DNA from: Macrostomum lignano
Taxonomy: Eukaryota
Length of the DNA stretch: 64,000 nt
Assembly: GCA_002269645.1 (NCBI GenBank)
Contig: NIVC01001159.1
Location: forward strand, 460,931 to 524,930
Reading direction: 5' to 3'
Below the pieces are notes generated by a model that made no database searches, was not told where the DNA came from, and was given only the letters and a program-made list of their open reading frames with translations. Below are positions 24,433 through 58,945 of the stretch, piece after piece. How positions within the stretch are numbered: position 1 is the first letter of the stretch; every line of letters starts with the position of its first letter. A program made the translations under genes and the position numbers.

Positions 24433-24945
24433 TAGGTGTGCTCACGGGGGTCAGTTGATTGATAGGTGTGCTCACGGGGGTCAGTTGATTGATAGGTGTG
24501 CTCATTGGGGTCAGTTGATTGATAGGTGTGCTCACGGGGGTCAGTTGATTGATAGGTGTGCTCATTGGGGTCAGTTGATTGATAGGTGTGCTCACGGGGG
24601 TCAGTTGATTGATAGGTGTGCTCACGGGGGTCAGTTGATTGATAGGTGTGCTCATTGGTGTCAGTTGATTGACAGGTGTGCTCATTGGGGTCAGTTGATT
24701 GATAGGTGTGCTCATTGGAGTCAGTTGATTGATAGGTGTACTCACGGGGGTCAGTTGATTGACAGGTGTGCTCACGGGGGTCAGTTGATTGACAGGTGTG
24801 CTCACTGGTGCCTCTTGATGAACAGGTGTGCTCACACAGGTCAATTGATTGACAGGTGTGCTCATTGGGGTCAGTTGATTGACAGGTGTGCTCATTGGGG
24901 TCAGTTGATTGACAGGTGTGCTCATTGGGGTCAGTCGATTGACAG
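24428..24945. repeat. 30-bp minisatellite (TTGATTGATAGGTGTGCTCACGGGGGTCAG) starting at the IQSEC stop
   Basis: Seen directly. Confidence 0.95.
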
Positions 24946-25504
24946 CTATGATTATGTAAGCCAGTTGCTTGATAGCTTAGATGTGGTTTTTTAGGCTTTG
25001 ACAGGCTTTGAGGTGTGAAACAATTGAAGCACGAGTGTCAGTGAGTACTATAATAGTCTAATACTGCCTATTAACTTATTTAGTCAGACAATTTTGCTGT
25101 TTTTGTCGAGTCTTCGCACACCCGGCTGTCCTACTAAATTAGTAGTGTGTAGCGAATATCACCAGTCAGTGATTTTCACTCGGTTTCCTGTTTCAGTATT
25201 GCCCCCGCAAAATGCCTTGGCTATTGATATAGCAACTCAGTTTAGCGTTCAAGTCATTTTTACTTGGATCTGCTTTTCGTAATTTTTCATTCATTCTCTG
25301 AACTTGGCAATCCAGCGCGTTGTTAAGCGGTCGCTTTTTGATTCGGTGCGTGCTTGCAGAACTGTACAGACAGCCCGCTTTTTCATTTATTCACTCCAGA
25401 TTTTGTTTGAGCACTTTTTTCTCCTTAATCCACCTATCCTGCCGGCTAACAGACTAACCTAAGTTCCTATTTTTAGGGTACGTTACGACTGTAAACATTC
25501 GTTC

Positions 25505-25850
25505 CCCAACACTCCCACCCAATCCGTCAATGTACATTCGTTCCCTGATCCACCCACCCCATCCCTCAATGTACATTCGTTCCCTGATCCACCCACCCCA
25601 TCCCTCAATGTACACTCGTTCTCCGATCCACCCACCCCATCCCTCACTGTACACTCGTTCTCTGATCCACCCACCCCATCCCTCAATGTACATTCGTTCC
25701 CCGATCCACCCACCCCATCCCTCAATGTACACTCGTTCCCAGATCCACCCACCCCATCCCTCAATGTACACTCGTTCCCAGATCCACCCACCCCATCCCT
25801 CAATGTACACTCGTTCCTCGACACACCCACCCCATCAATGTACATTCAGT
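25505..25850. repeat. 39-bp minisatellite (AATGTACATTCGTTCCCTGATCCACCCACCCCATCCCTC)
   Basis: Seen directly. Confidence 0.92.
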
Positions 25851-26974
25851 TCCATAAAACCGCACCACCCCCTCCCAATGCCGATTAATTCAGATTATGT
25901 AATATCAGCATTTAACTTCTGTTGCGCACTTCACGCGATGCATCGAATGTTGATATTTGAGTTTTGCGTGTAAATTTTCGCTATTCTGCCTGTCAATCAA
26001 CTTTTTCTATTATTACTAAAAAGGTCTGCATGCTCGTTGAGCACTACTGCTCAATGCGAGTAGTTGTTGGGTCAGTAATATGCAAAGGTGAGGTTTTTCT
26101 TCCCATTCGCACCTGCCCAGACGCCCTTTTGAGAGCTTATTTATAGATTAAGGTGGCGGTTTCTCTAACCCTGTACAGTCCTCTATAGTCTAATTTGGCT
26201 TTTAGTGTACATGAGTACACTCCCAATCTGGAATCTAAATTATCTCTAGTGGCGTAAGAGCCTTTTTACTTAGGCTGAGGCGCCGGAAGTACTTATCATA
26301 GTCATAGTCATAGTTTCTCTGCCACTGAGTAGCATGTATTGCTTATTGTTAACGATTTTTGTAAAGCCGGAACTCTTTTTGTCTGTCTTCTTCTACTCAC
26401 CGCCTGATAAATACATGAAATGCTCGCAACCTGTCAATTGTTTTTTGTTTACTCAAAATTATCAATGTACTTACTAACCCCAGTGCGAATCTATCTCAGT
26501 GTCATGTCTAGTCTCGCTGCAAAACAGTATCCCTTTACTATTATTATTATTATTAACATATTATATACTAATTTCTGCTCTGCTGATTATTATCTGAAAT
26601 GTTTTATTTGTCAGGTCTGATTTTTTTATTTTCACTATTTTTTTCTTCTCAACGTCAGTAGCTACTTGTAGTATTATATATAGTAAGCGTATTTTGATAA
26701 TAAAATTAATTATTTATATCTGCATAAATTAAATTGCAATTATCCTCCTAGCTCAGTTTAATTACCCTTTTTTGCACGCCTCGTCTGTCTCCTGCCTTTT
26801 TTCGTCCGCTGTGTTGCGTTATGATCTGAATCTTTGCTGTGCTTACCGCCTGCTTTCTTTCACGCTGAGCTGCTGCTGGACTCACTGCATCATTTTTCGG
26901 GTGCAGTGAACCCGAATGGGTTCATTCTTCTAATGGGTAGCTTTTTCTTCTGCTCAAAGTTGACAATTCGTGGG

Positions 26975-27903
26975 AAACTCCCTGTTCCTGACCGGAAACT
27001 TCCTATTCCTGATTGGAAACTTCCTATTCCCAATTGGAAACTTCCTATTCCCGATTGGAAACTTGCTATTCCCAATTGGAAACTTCCTATTCCTGAATGG
27101 AAACTTGCTATTCCTGAATGGAAACTTGCTATTCCCGATTGGAAACTTGCTATTCCTGATTGGAAACTTCCTATTCCCAATTGGAAACTTGCTATTCCCG
27201 ATTGGAAACTTCCTATTCCCAATTGGAAACTTGCTATTCCCGATTGGAAACTTCCTATTCCCGATTGGAAACTTGCTATTCCCGATTGGAAACTTGCTAT
27301 TCCTGATTGGAAACTTCCTATTCCCAATTGGAAACTTGCTATTCCCAATTGGAAACTTGCTATTCCCAATTGGAAACTTGCTATTCCCAATTGGAAACTT
27401 GCTATTCCCAATTGGAAACTTGCTATTCCTGATTGGAAACTTCCTATTCCCGATTGGAAACTTCCTATTCCTGAGTGGAAACTTCCTATTCCTGAGTGGA
27501 AACTTCCTATTCCCAATTGGAAACTTCCTATTCCTGATTGGAAACTTGCTATTCCCAATTGGAAACTTGCTATTCCCGATAGGAAACTTCCTATTTCTGA
27601 TTGGAAACTTGCTATTCCCAATTGGAAACTTGCTATTCCCGATTGGAAACTTCCTATTCCCGATTGGAAACTTCCTATTCCTGAGTGGAAACTTCCTATT
27701 CCTGAGTGGAAACTTTATGTTCCTGAGTGGAAACTTCCTATTCCTGAGTGGAAACTTCCTATTCCTGAGTGGAAACTTTATGTTCCTGAGTGGAAACTTC
27801 CTATTCCTGAGTGGAAACTTCATATTCCCGAGTGGAAACTTCCTATTCCTGAGTGGAAACTTTATGTTCCTGAGTGGAAACTTTATGTTCCTGAGTGGAA
27901 ACT
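26975..27903. repeat. 21-bp minisatellite (GGAAACTTCCTATTCCCGATT)
   Basis: Seen directly, about 44 copies. Confidence 0.95.
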
Positions 27904-28474
27904 AATTATGGCTTTTTAATTTTTAACCAAAAACTCAGTTCGTTTAATCAATCAGTCAATCAATCAGTTTCTTATCAATCAGTTTATAGTCATAGTGTTA
28001 TTTAGTTTCAATTTTTCAGCGCTTTGATAACTGTTGCAGGCTTTTGCCTCGGTTTTGCTTGTGCAGTCACGCCGATATTCTGCCTGCCTGTCCGTCAGCC
28101 CTGTTTGTTGCCCCTGAGTTTATTTGCTAATTTTCATTTATTTTTTGTTTTAGTCCATTTTTGTGTTCAGTTTTGTACTTGCTGATATGCCTATTTGCTA
28201 TATTGTATTGCCTGAGTCTACTCTTGAATCCGGCCCAACAGACCTGTACTGCAGAGCATCTCTTGGCGTCGCATTATTTATTACTATTAAAAAAATAAAA
28301 TAATATTCATTCTGAGATGGCTCACTTGAGAAACCAACTACAACTCAAAACAAACAAGTTTAGAACTTCTCCGGACTTCAATGCTGATTCGTTTCTTTCG
28401 CTTTGCAAAAGTAAAAAAATCAATGACTGGTTCCGTATCTTGCGTGTTAATACATTTGTACACTATGTACTTTG

Positions 28475-28900
28475 TATAGTATTTGTCATGCTATCCCAGC
28501 CCAGAGACATCCAAACTCAGCCAGTCCCATTCCGCAATGCGTTTTTTTGGCTCGAGCTAGTCGACTTTTACCATAGACATGCCTCCCAAGGCCATGCCAT
28601 CTCAGCCTGGGACATGCAATCTCAGCCAATATAGATTTCAATTGCAAACACTTCTCGCTTCGTCTTCGTCGCTTGTTGCTCTCATTCTGTTTCATTTGCT
28701 TCGATCACAGACTAAGCCACGGACAGCTTGACATAGCATCTGAAAAGTGGCTGAGATTGCATGTCCCAGGCCGAGATAGCATGGCCCCAAGAAGCATGTC
28801 TATGGTAAAACTTGACTGGCTTACGTAAAAAATCGCACTGTCGAGATGGGCTGGCTGAGTTTGGATGTCTCCAGGCTGAGATAGCATGACAAATACTATA
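28475..28900. mobile_element. Foldback MITE with about 150-bp imperfect TIRs and probable TA target duplication
   Basis: TATAGTATTTGTCATGCTATC... at the left is mirrored by ...GATAGCATGACAAATACTATA at the right; complementarity continues inward (GGGACATGCAATCTCAGCCA / TGGCTGAGATTGCATGTCCC). Confidence 0.8.
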
Positions 28901-30624
28901 TTAGTTGGTTGCGCGCATACAGGCTGTACTTTTAATATAACATAAGTATACATATATTTGCGTTATTATCGGATACTGACCAGTTAGCCAGCCCTTCAAG
29001 TAGTACACAATGGTCAGTCAGAATACAAATGTGTAGTAGTGTCGGTGGTTACAGAGAATAAAAAATCGGCATGATTTCATTGTTTACGCGTCAAGAAAGC
29101 TATTTTAAGCAGACCGATATATAAATATAAATATATAGCTATAGGTACGAATTGTAAAAAAAAGGGTTTATGCCGTTTTTTTCGAGGAAAGTTGATTAAC
29201 TGGCTATTATATAAAAGCTTATAGTTTATAAGTTAAAGCCAAACTTTGCCTGCATATTACTAATAGTACCTTACTTTCAAGGGGATCCTGTGGACTTTGT
29301 TTGTTAAATTAAATCAAATTCAAATTTCCCGCCGCTGGAAGACATTGCTTAACAAGCTTTAATTAAGCCGTTCATCAGTTGAAATCCTGCTTTTGGAAGA
29401 ATTTTGCTGGTTTCGAGAAGGTTGTTTTATAACGAGGTTGTTTTGGTGCGAATTTGAATTTGGATATAATTAACGTCTGAAATTCACCAAGGACTACTCA
29501 GTAGGACGGAAAACTACGTTTCTTAAAAAATGTTTATGGGGCTGGTAGGAGATAGGATTTCACTTTTTCAGATTAAAATTGTTATTGTTTCGATAGGAGG
29601 CAGACCCAATGTTCATCTTTTGATATGTTGTGCCTTTCTTATAGCTCTATTGATATTCAAAAAGCTTTTTTCGTTAAAAAAATCTGGATTCTATGTTAAT
29701 TTCATATTCTACGTACAATGGCATATGGATCCTGTGCCTAAAAACCATTAAAATGGCTCGGCTCATTGGTTTTATTAATCTATTTTGTCATTCTTAGCTG
29801 ACTGCGTGTGACAATGCGCGCTCGTATGTGTAGCAGTGATGTTAAAATCGATTATTTTATCCAAAAATAATCTATTGAATCCGTGCATTTTCATGATTTT
29901 TAGGTACAGGAAATGTACGTAGAGTAAACAATTTACATAGAATTTTTATTTACTAAACAAAAAGCTTTATGAATACCAATTGAGCTCTAAGAAAGGCTCT
30001 AAGAAAGCAATAACATTTTTGCGCTGAAAAATGAAAACTTCATCTTCGCGTAGTGTATTTTCTTGCGAAAACCAGCCTCCCTAACATTTTCTACGAAACG
30101 TCTAGATTTTATTTAAATACTGTCTTTTAAAGTCTGATAAAGTACATTCTGTGTGTTTTATGTGTTTAATGGATATTAAAAAGTTTTTCAGCAGCGTTTT
30201 CAAGGTTGTTTAACCAATTGGCGCGAATTTGAATTTGATTTCAATAAACGGCAGACTTTATAAACTTAGACAGGATCGCCGAAGTCTCTTTCCTGGCGTG
30301 CACTCGGGACACGTGAGGGATATCAGTGAGGCAAGGACGCAGTTAGTGCGCGGCACTGATTAGAAATTCTCACCTAATTATATATAATACTTTGCGATTT
30401 GCTCAAAAGTTTAATGGAAAGCATTACGATTTGCTCATAGAAGCATATTCTATATTGTAGTCTCAGCAAATGATTATCAGAATCCATATTTTTTTCAAAC
30501 AAAAAAATCAATCAATTAGCAGTTCTTTTTTTAAATTAAAATTACAATAATTTTCCGAATTGATGGACGAATCGAAGCGCGAGCTGAGCAGCGCACTGGA
30601 CCAGTTCCAGGGTCACTCGGCTGG

Positions 30625-52527
<21,903 letters not shown>

Positions 52528-53059
52528 TGATCGGATGCTGCAGGCTAGGAGACAGGTCTGAGGATGCGCAAGGCTATGGAGATCCGCAGCAGCATCCCTT
52601 GATGAAGGCTTGGGAGACTGGGAAGGGCTGGGGTTGGCTGTCGGGACTGAAGCAGTTGCAGCGATGGGACCCCGCGATTGGCCAAGCCAGTATTGGAATG
52701 CAGCCTACTAGGGATAAGCAACTCTTCCTAGAGGAACATATGAACTCGTATAGATCGAGTTTACAGATTGAATTGGAGCGTTTCAGTTCTTTTTTGTTTC
52801 AATTTGACTAGTTTGCAGCAAGTGTAAAATAAGCTATCAGACTCACGGGCATTTATGGAGCCGTGCGAGCTTGTAGAAGGTGCCGTCTGGGAAGCGCTCT
52901 GTGGCTGGGTTTCTTGGGAAGCTTTCTTCGGAGAGCGACTTCTTGAGGTCAGCTGCTTGGGGCGCTTTTGGGGGGCTTTTACTTGTAAGCGCTCTTCTGG
53001 AGCACTCTGGGGGTTACTCTGGGGTGGGGCACTCTAAGAAGAACTCTGGGATGGGAATG

Positions 53060-53800
53060 GGCACTCTGGAGTACTCGGGGGAGTATTTTGGGGTGGTACA
53101 CTTTGGGGAGAACTCTTGGTGTGGGGCACTTTGGGGAGAACTCTTGGGGTGGGGCACTTTAGGGAGAACTCTTGGGGTGGGGCACTTTAGGGAGAACTCT
53201 TGGGGTGTGGCACTTTAGGGAGAACTCTTGGGGTGGGGCACTTTGGGGAGAACTCTTGGGGTGGGGCACTTTAGGGAGAACTCTTGGGGTGGGGCACTTT
53301 GGGAGAACTCTTGGGGTGGGGCACTTTAGGGAGAACTCTTGGGGTGGGGCACTTTGGGGAGAACTCTTGGGGTGGGGCACTTTGGGGAGAACTCTTGGTG
53401 TGGGGCACTTTGGGGAGAACTCTTGGGGTGGGGCACTTTGGGGAGAACTCTTGGGTGGGGCACTTTGGGGAGAACTTTTGGGGTGGGGCACTTTGGGGAG
53501 AACTTTTGGGGTGGGGCACTTTGGGGAGAACTCTTGGTGTGGGGCACTTTGGGGAGAACTCTTGGTGTGGGGCACTTTGGGGAGAACTCTTGGGGTGGGG
53601 CACTTTGGGGAGAACTCTTGGGGTGGGGCACTTTGGGGAGAACTCTTGGGGTGGGGCACTTTGGGGAGAACTCTTGGGGTGGGGCACTTTGGGGAGAACT
53701 TTTGGGGTGGGGCACTTTGGGGAGAACTTTTGGGGTGGGGCACTCTGGAGGCACTTTGGGGGTGACACTCTGGGGGGCACTTTGGGGATGACATTCTGGG
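53060..53800. repeat. 28-bp G-tract minisatellite (GGGGTGGGGCACTTTGGGGAGAACTCTT)
   Basis: Seen directly; three G4 runs per unit. Confidence 0.94.
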
Positions 53801-54572
53801 GGCACTCTGAGGGACACTCTGCTTTTGAAAGTTTTGAAGTTCGTTTGCTTATGAAACAGCATTCTAAATTGAGAGTCTGTGATGCTCTTCTCGACAATTT
53901 CATGGCCCGTAATTTATTTTTCGAGACGAATTTAACCTCGTCACTAAACTACTGCCAGTAGAGAGTCAGGTTTCCGCACCGATACAATTGTGAATGAAAG
54001 ATTCTAAGTTCAATGACTGCTGCGCAAATGTCTGGACTGGCTGTCTGAAAAATAAAGAATTTTTCTTACCTATCAAATGTCGCTGCACTTCTCACTGTTT
54101 GTTTTGGTAATAAAAAAGTACAAAACAAGTTATAATGATATGTCTGGTCAGTTGTTGGCATTCAACCGAGTATGATAAGTTTGGCCGATCGTGTATTCAA
54201 TTTTCGCTTTCTGAAAACGTCATACGCGGTTTTCAATCGCGGCAGAAAAAATGGAATCAGTTAGGATCGTCGATAATAAACGATTAGTAATCTGCCATGT
54301 AAAAGTTCATTTCAAACAAACTTAATCTGACAGCAAAAAATTCTAGAATCTGAAATCGTTCGAATTTATTGTCTTCGTAGACAGAGAAGAATGGGGTTGT
54401 TGCTGTTCGACTTAACTTGTCGGTAAAAGAATGTTTGTCGCGAAAAAAAATCGAAACAATAAACAGCCTCTGCTTATTAGTGAGCGTGACATTGAATCAG
54501 GGCGATAAAAAACGATAACAAACTATGAAGATGTCTTATCAAGTTAAATAGTTCGATGTCTGCAGCGGTTCG

Positions 54573-56418
54573 TCAGTGCTGGACGAGGTGCAGCGGCTTA
54601 AAAGATCCGGAGCGCAGCTGCAGCCCCATGCGACAGTCCGGCTGAGTTGGCGGCAGGATCTCGTCACCGTAGGAGGCGAAGTCGTACTCGGCTGGCGGAG
54701 AGTCCGAGCAGGGCGTGAGGCGGTAGTTCAGCAGCAGGCAGCAGGTGTACAGCTTCAGCTGCAGCATGGAGAGTCGCTGGCCAGGGCAGAGGACGCCGTA
54801 GGGCAGCACCGGTCGCTTCACCTCGCGGCCTTCGTAGCAGGGACGGAACTCGCCGGCGAAACGGTCGATGCAGAAAGACTGAAACAGTTGGCAGGGTGGA
54901 TGGTTGTTAACACCTCAGATTTGAGACTCGCAGGTTAATGATTTGTCACTGAATAGTCAGCTCACCTCCGGTTCATCATAGATTGTCGGATCCCGATGAA
55001 ACGATGGTGGGTACATGCTGATGAGGTCTCCTTTGCTCAGGTTCCACGCCTGGCCGTCCTCCATGCTGAACTGGGTGTCCTCAGTGACCTCGCGCATCAG
55101 AAACAAGCCGGATGCGAGTCTGTAAGTCTCCTGGACGCAGCTTCCTGTAAGCAAACGGTTTGATACCAGCGTAACGATAAGACAGTGGATTTGGCGATGT
55201 TGCGCAGCACACATGCACTTTGGAAAGCAGGACATTCAACTTACCAAGAATCGGCAAGTACTCCAGCGTCTCCACTGACACCCGGTAACTGTTCGAGTCT
55301 TCCTCGTTGTCGGGCGCAACGGCGGCTTCGATCTCTTCCAGCAATTTGGCAGCCTGCTCAGGATTGTGCATCAGGTTGTTGATGAGCCAGAAAGCGATCT
55401 TGCAGTTGTTGTGGTACACGTGCAGGTAAACCATGTTGTGCCCTGCCACGGTCTCCTCTGTCCAGGTGCCGTCCAGCCACTTGCTCAGGCAGTCGCGCAC
55501 GTAGGCATTGGCGGTGCCCTCCTGCAGCAGCTGCTTCGCCCCGGGGAACACCTTGTAGATCGTCCGCCACGCCGCCTCGGTGCTGGGAAACAGCCAGCTG
55601 GGCAAGCCCAGCCAGATGTAGATGAAGGACTTGTGAATCGGCTTGAACAGCTGCTTGACCGCCCGGTAGTTGAACTCTTTGCTGTCGCAGTCGCCGTAGA
55701 CAGTGTTGAAGATGGAGCGGAACATGGTCTCGGTGATAAAGTCGTTCACCAAAATCTCCTTGGGCTCTTTGTCGGCTAGCGGAAGGCCGTCCGACACCAG
55801 CTCGAAGCTCCGGTTGGCGTGTCCGCTGAAGACGGTCGCATCGGTGTCGAAAGCCAGGCGGGCGTGCTTGCACATGTGACGCAGCATTTTGGTCTCCTGC
55901 GGCGCCTGGAAGCGGAACACGTTCGAGTTGACTACGCGCTGGATCGGGTGAAAGTCGAAGCTGCGAGTGCTGGAGAACTGCTGCACGTAGTGCGGATTCA
56001 TCAGGAAGTGGATCTTCTGGCCGAGCGGGAAGTTGCAGGTGAACATGTCGCCGAATTTGCGCCGGCAGTTCAGCAGGAAGGGCACCGCGTTGCGCCGGAA
56101 CTCGTGTCCACTGCCGATTAGCGGCAGGCCCGGAACCAGCGGCGGGACCGACTTCTGCGGTCTGCGGTTGATTTAATATTTATTTGAGGTACGTATTGAC
56201 AGACGGATAGTCCTGTTGCAGAAATAAGAAACTTACCGGTTGGTTCGCCGCGACCAGGCTCGCTGGATGAAGAGCAGAAGCTGCACCGTCAGCGCCACGA
56301 GGGCGGCGCCGATGCTGAGCTGCCAGGGCGCCAGCCGAGCCAGCAGGAGGCAGGCAGCCGCCAGCAGGTAGCGGCGCTCAGTCAGGACCTTGCTGCTAGA
56401 CTTGTCAGCGGAGTCCAT
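54573..56418 (-). CDS. CYP7: Cytochrome P450, CYP7 clan (CYP7/CYP8/CYP39-like); exons 56418-56237, 56161-55245, 55144-54966, 54878-54573; 527 aa
   Basis: N-terminal TM anchor, then PPLVPGLPLIGSG and FLLNCRRKFGDMFTC...IHFLMNP (similar to CYP7A1 as recalled). ETYR (ExxR), PSFHRDPTIYDEPESF and heme ligand PYGVLCPG. Phases 2/1/0 are consistent. Confidence 0.9.
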
Positions 56419-56534
56419 GTTGCCAAGGATAGTGAGAGTGAAGAAGTGAAAGAGCGAGTTGGGGAAATCACAGGTTGGCTTTTCTTGCAAGTTGTCGAAA
56501 GACTTCAAGTGAGGAGCCAGGGTGCGCTGCCATA

Positions 56535-56542
56535 TATTTATA
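56535..56542 (-). promoter_or_regulatory. Candidate TATA box of the CYP gene
   Basis: TATAAATA on the minus strand about 120 nt upstream of the ATG at 56418. Confidence 0.45.
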
Positions 56543-57205
56543 GACTTCAAATTCGGGGGGTGGTCGCGTCAGACTTTGAATTCTGCGACAGTGTAGCAAT
56601 TGGCGGGCAGGGGCGTGAAGGGGTGGCATCGGCTCCCAGGAATGCGGCCTCACGAAAACTTCGCAATTTCTTTCGGAGTGAGAAATTTCAAAGTGGAACC
56701 TGATCAGGCTTCCTCTGGCGGGCAGGGCTGGTGTGGGAAGCGAAAATTCTCCATCGCTGTATCGATCGTCCGAACTAACGAATGCAAAAAGTTGGCTGAG
56801 CTGAGACACAACAGAATGTAGCCGACCTTTCTCGTCTGGCACGCGACACCGAGCATTCAACTGAAATCAATTAACGCTTGCGCAGAAGCAGACTGGGAAG
56901 CAATCGGTTCAGCACTTTTATTTTTCATTGCTTCCGTCGCATTTGTTTTCTTCGCAGTTTCGCGCCCTGCATTGTTTATAACACTTTCGGTGAAAAAGTA
57001 CAACTTTTACAGCCAGACGTCTGAGGTTTGCGTTGTGTTATACTTTGGATTAAAACCTCTCTCGAGTTTGAGTTGTGCTCAGCTTCTGAAAACACGCGGG
57101 CCTTTAGTACCAGCCGTCTGCTCCGCCTGCTCGATGACCTTGATTGACCCTCAGCTTCACTTCGTACAGCAGCTACTGCAGATTCGAATCAGTTCTCAGC
57201 TCAGT

Positions 57206-57345
57206 GGGGTTGTAGCTTAGTGGTTAGAGCGTCGGATCGACTCACAACTGATAGGTCTGGGGTTCGATTCTCGACATACTTGGACTTTATCAGTGGCGAA
57301 CAGTTGTCTCTCGAACAGACATTTCGTACGAGTACATTCTCTGCA
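57206..57345 (+). mobile_element. Degenerate tRNA-derived SINE head
   Basis: A box TAGCTTAGTGGTTAGAGC and B box GGTTCGATTC with no matching acceptor stem. Downstream GTCTCTCGAACAGACATT resembles the body of the copy at 48945-49098. Confidence 0.6.
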
Positions 57346-57600
57346 GTCAGCGTTACTGCAGGTTGAAGATTGGCCATAGACAATTCAAGCATGTCTTATC
57401 AGTCAGCGGTACTGCACGTTGAAGATTGGCCATAGACAATTCAAGCATGCCTTATCAGTCAGCGGTACTACAGGTTGAAGATTGGCCATAGACAATTCAA
57501 GCATGCCTTATCAGTCAGCGGTGCTGCACGTTGAAGATTGGCCATAGACAATTCAAGCATGCCTTATCAGTCAGCGGTGCTGCACGTTGAAGATTGGCCA
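57345..57600. repeat. 56-bp tandem repeat (about 4.5 copies) directly after the SINE head
   Basis: Period 56 (57362 to 57418). Confidence 0.88.
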
Positions 57601-58504
57601 CGACCCAGAAACCAGAGACACAGTTTTACGAGTAAGGATTTTATTCTTTTAGCAACTTTCAAGCAGACAATTTTCCTCGTGTCTGAATTTCTAAGAAGCA
57701 TTTTATTAAGCTGGAATGTGCTCTCTGTCTGGGATGATTTCTTGGTAAAATTACATGCAATTATTACCACATTGGGTTAGGGTTAGAAGGTTGACAGATT
57801 TTTTAAGATTTCAAGGCTTATGGGGGCATCGCTGAGATGTCAAGTGGGGGGGGAGTTGATATGTTAAGGCTTGTGGGGGGGATTGCTGGCATGTTAAGGC
57901 TAACAAGGGACTGTTGAGGTATATTGCAAAGAGATGCTACATGTAGTTTATTACAAAACTTGTACTGCATTTTTTGGCTCCCCAACGGGGGCGCTGATTG
58001 CTAGTGCACGAGCTAGATTTCATAACTGAGCAACTTCAAATCGCTATTGAAGTTAAATTCTTCATCCTAAAAATAGCACCGAAAAAAATTCAAATGCCGC
58101 CTTTTGAACTAAATTTTAATAGGCCATTTAATTCTCATTCATAAGCAGTCAGTGCAGCAGTATGGGGTTCGCACGCTTCCAATCCAAGTGACTGCAGCAG
58201 ACAAGCTGATCCGGAAATGCGAAATAAAGTCAATGCTAAACTTTCCCACAGCTGTCAGGGCGAGTTTTACTTTTTATTCTCAGTGGTCGAGACAGACATT
58301 TTGGATTTGCTTTTGTAGTACTTCTTTCTTTTTGTCAAACTTTGCACCCTGCTCTGTAAGGTCGGACTTAATCCTAGAAGGTCTAAAAATAGATGAATCG
58401 TAATGAAAGGTCCAATGGGAATTCGAAAAAAACCCTCAGATCAATTCACACAGTCCAGAAAGGCCCTGAGAAATTGTCTGCGCGCGAATGACAGTCAGAC
58501 TGGC

Positions 58505-58945
58505 ATGTAACTCAGCTGCCTCCTTCATCTGCAACTCAGCTGCCTCCTTCATCTGCAACTCAGCTGCCTCCTTCATCTGCAACTCAGCTGCCTCCTTCAT
58601 CTGCAACTCAGCTGCCTCCTTCATCTGCAACTCAGCTGCCTCCTTCATCTGCAACTCAGCTGCCTCCTTCATCTGCAACTCAGCTGCCTTCTTCATCTGC
58701 AACTCAGCTGCCTCCTTCATCTGCAACTCAGCTGCCTCCTTCATCTGCAACTCAGCTGCCTCCTTCATCTGCAACTCAGCTGCCTCCTTCATCTGCAACT
58801 CAGCTGCCTCCTTCATCTGCAACTCAGCTGCCTCCTTCATCTGCAACTCAGCTGCCTCCTTCATCTGCAACTCAGCTGCCTCCTTCATCTGCAACTCAGC
58901 TGCCTCCTTCATCTGCAACTCAGCTGCCTCCGTCATGTGCAACTG
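58505..58945. repeat. 24-bp near-perfect minisatellite (CTCAGCTGCCTCCTTCATCTGCAA), about 18 copies
   Basis: Seen directly; one internal variant near 58689. Confidence 0.95.

Noticed and set aside
29275-30280. Possible old MITE with degenerate inverted ends (GGATCCTGT...AAATCAAATTCAAAT)
   Set aside because: Ends are too mismatched and no TSD could be established by eye.
57206-57278. Functional tRNA genes at 57206 (+) and about 49098 (-)
   Set aside because: A and B boxes are present but acceptor stems do not pair, and SINE-like bodies follow.
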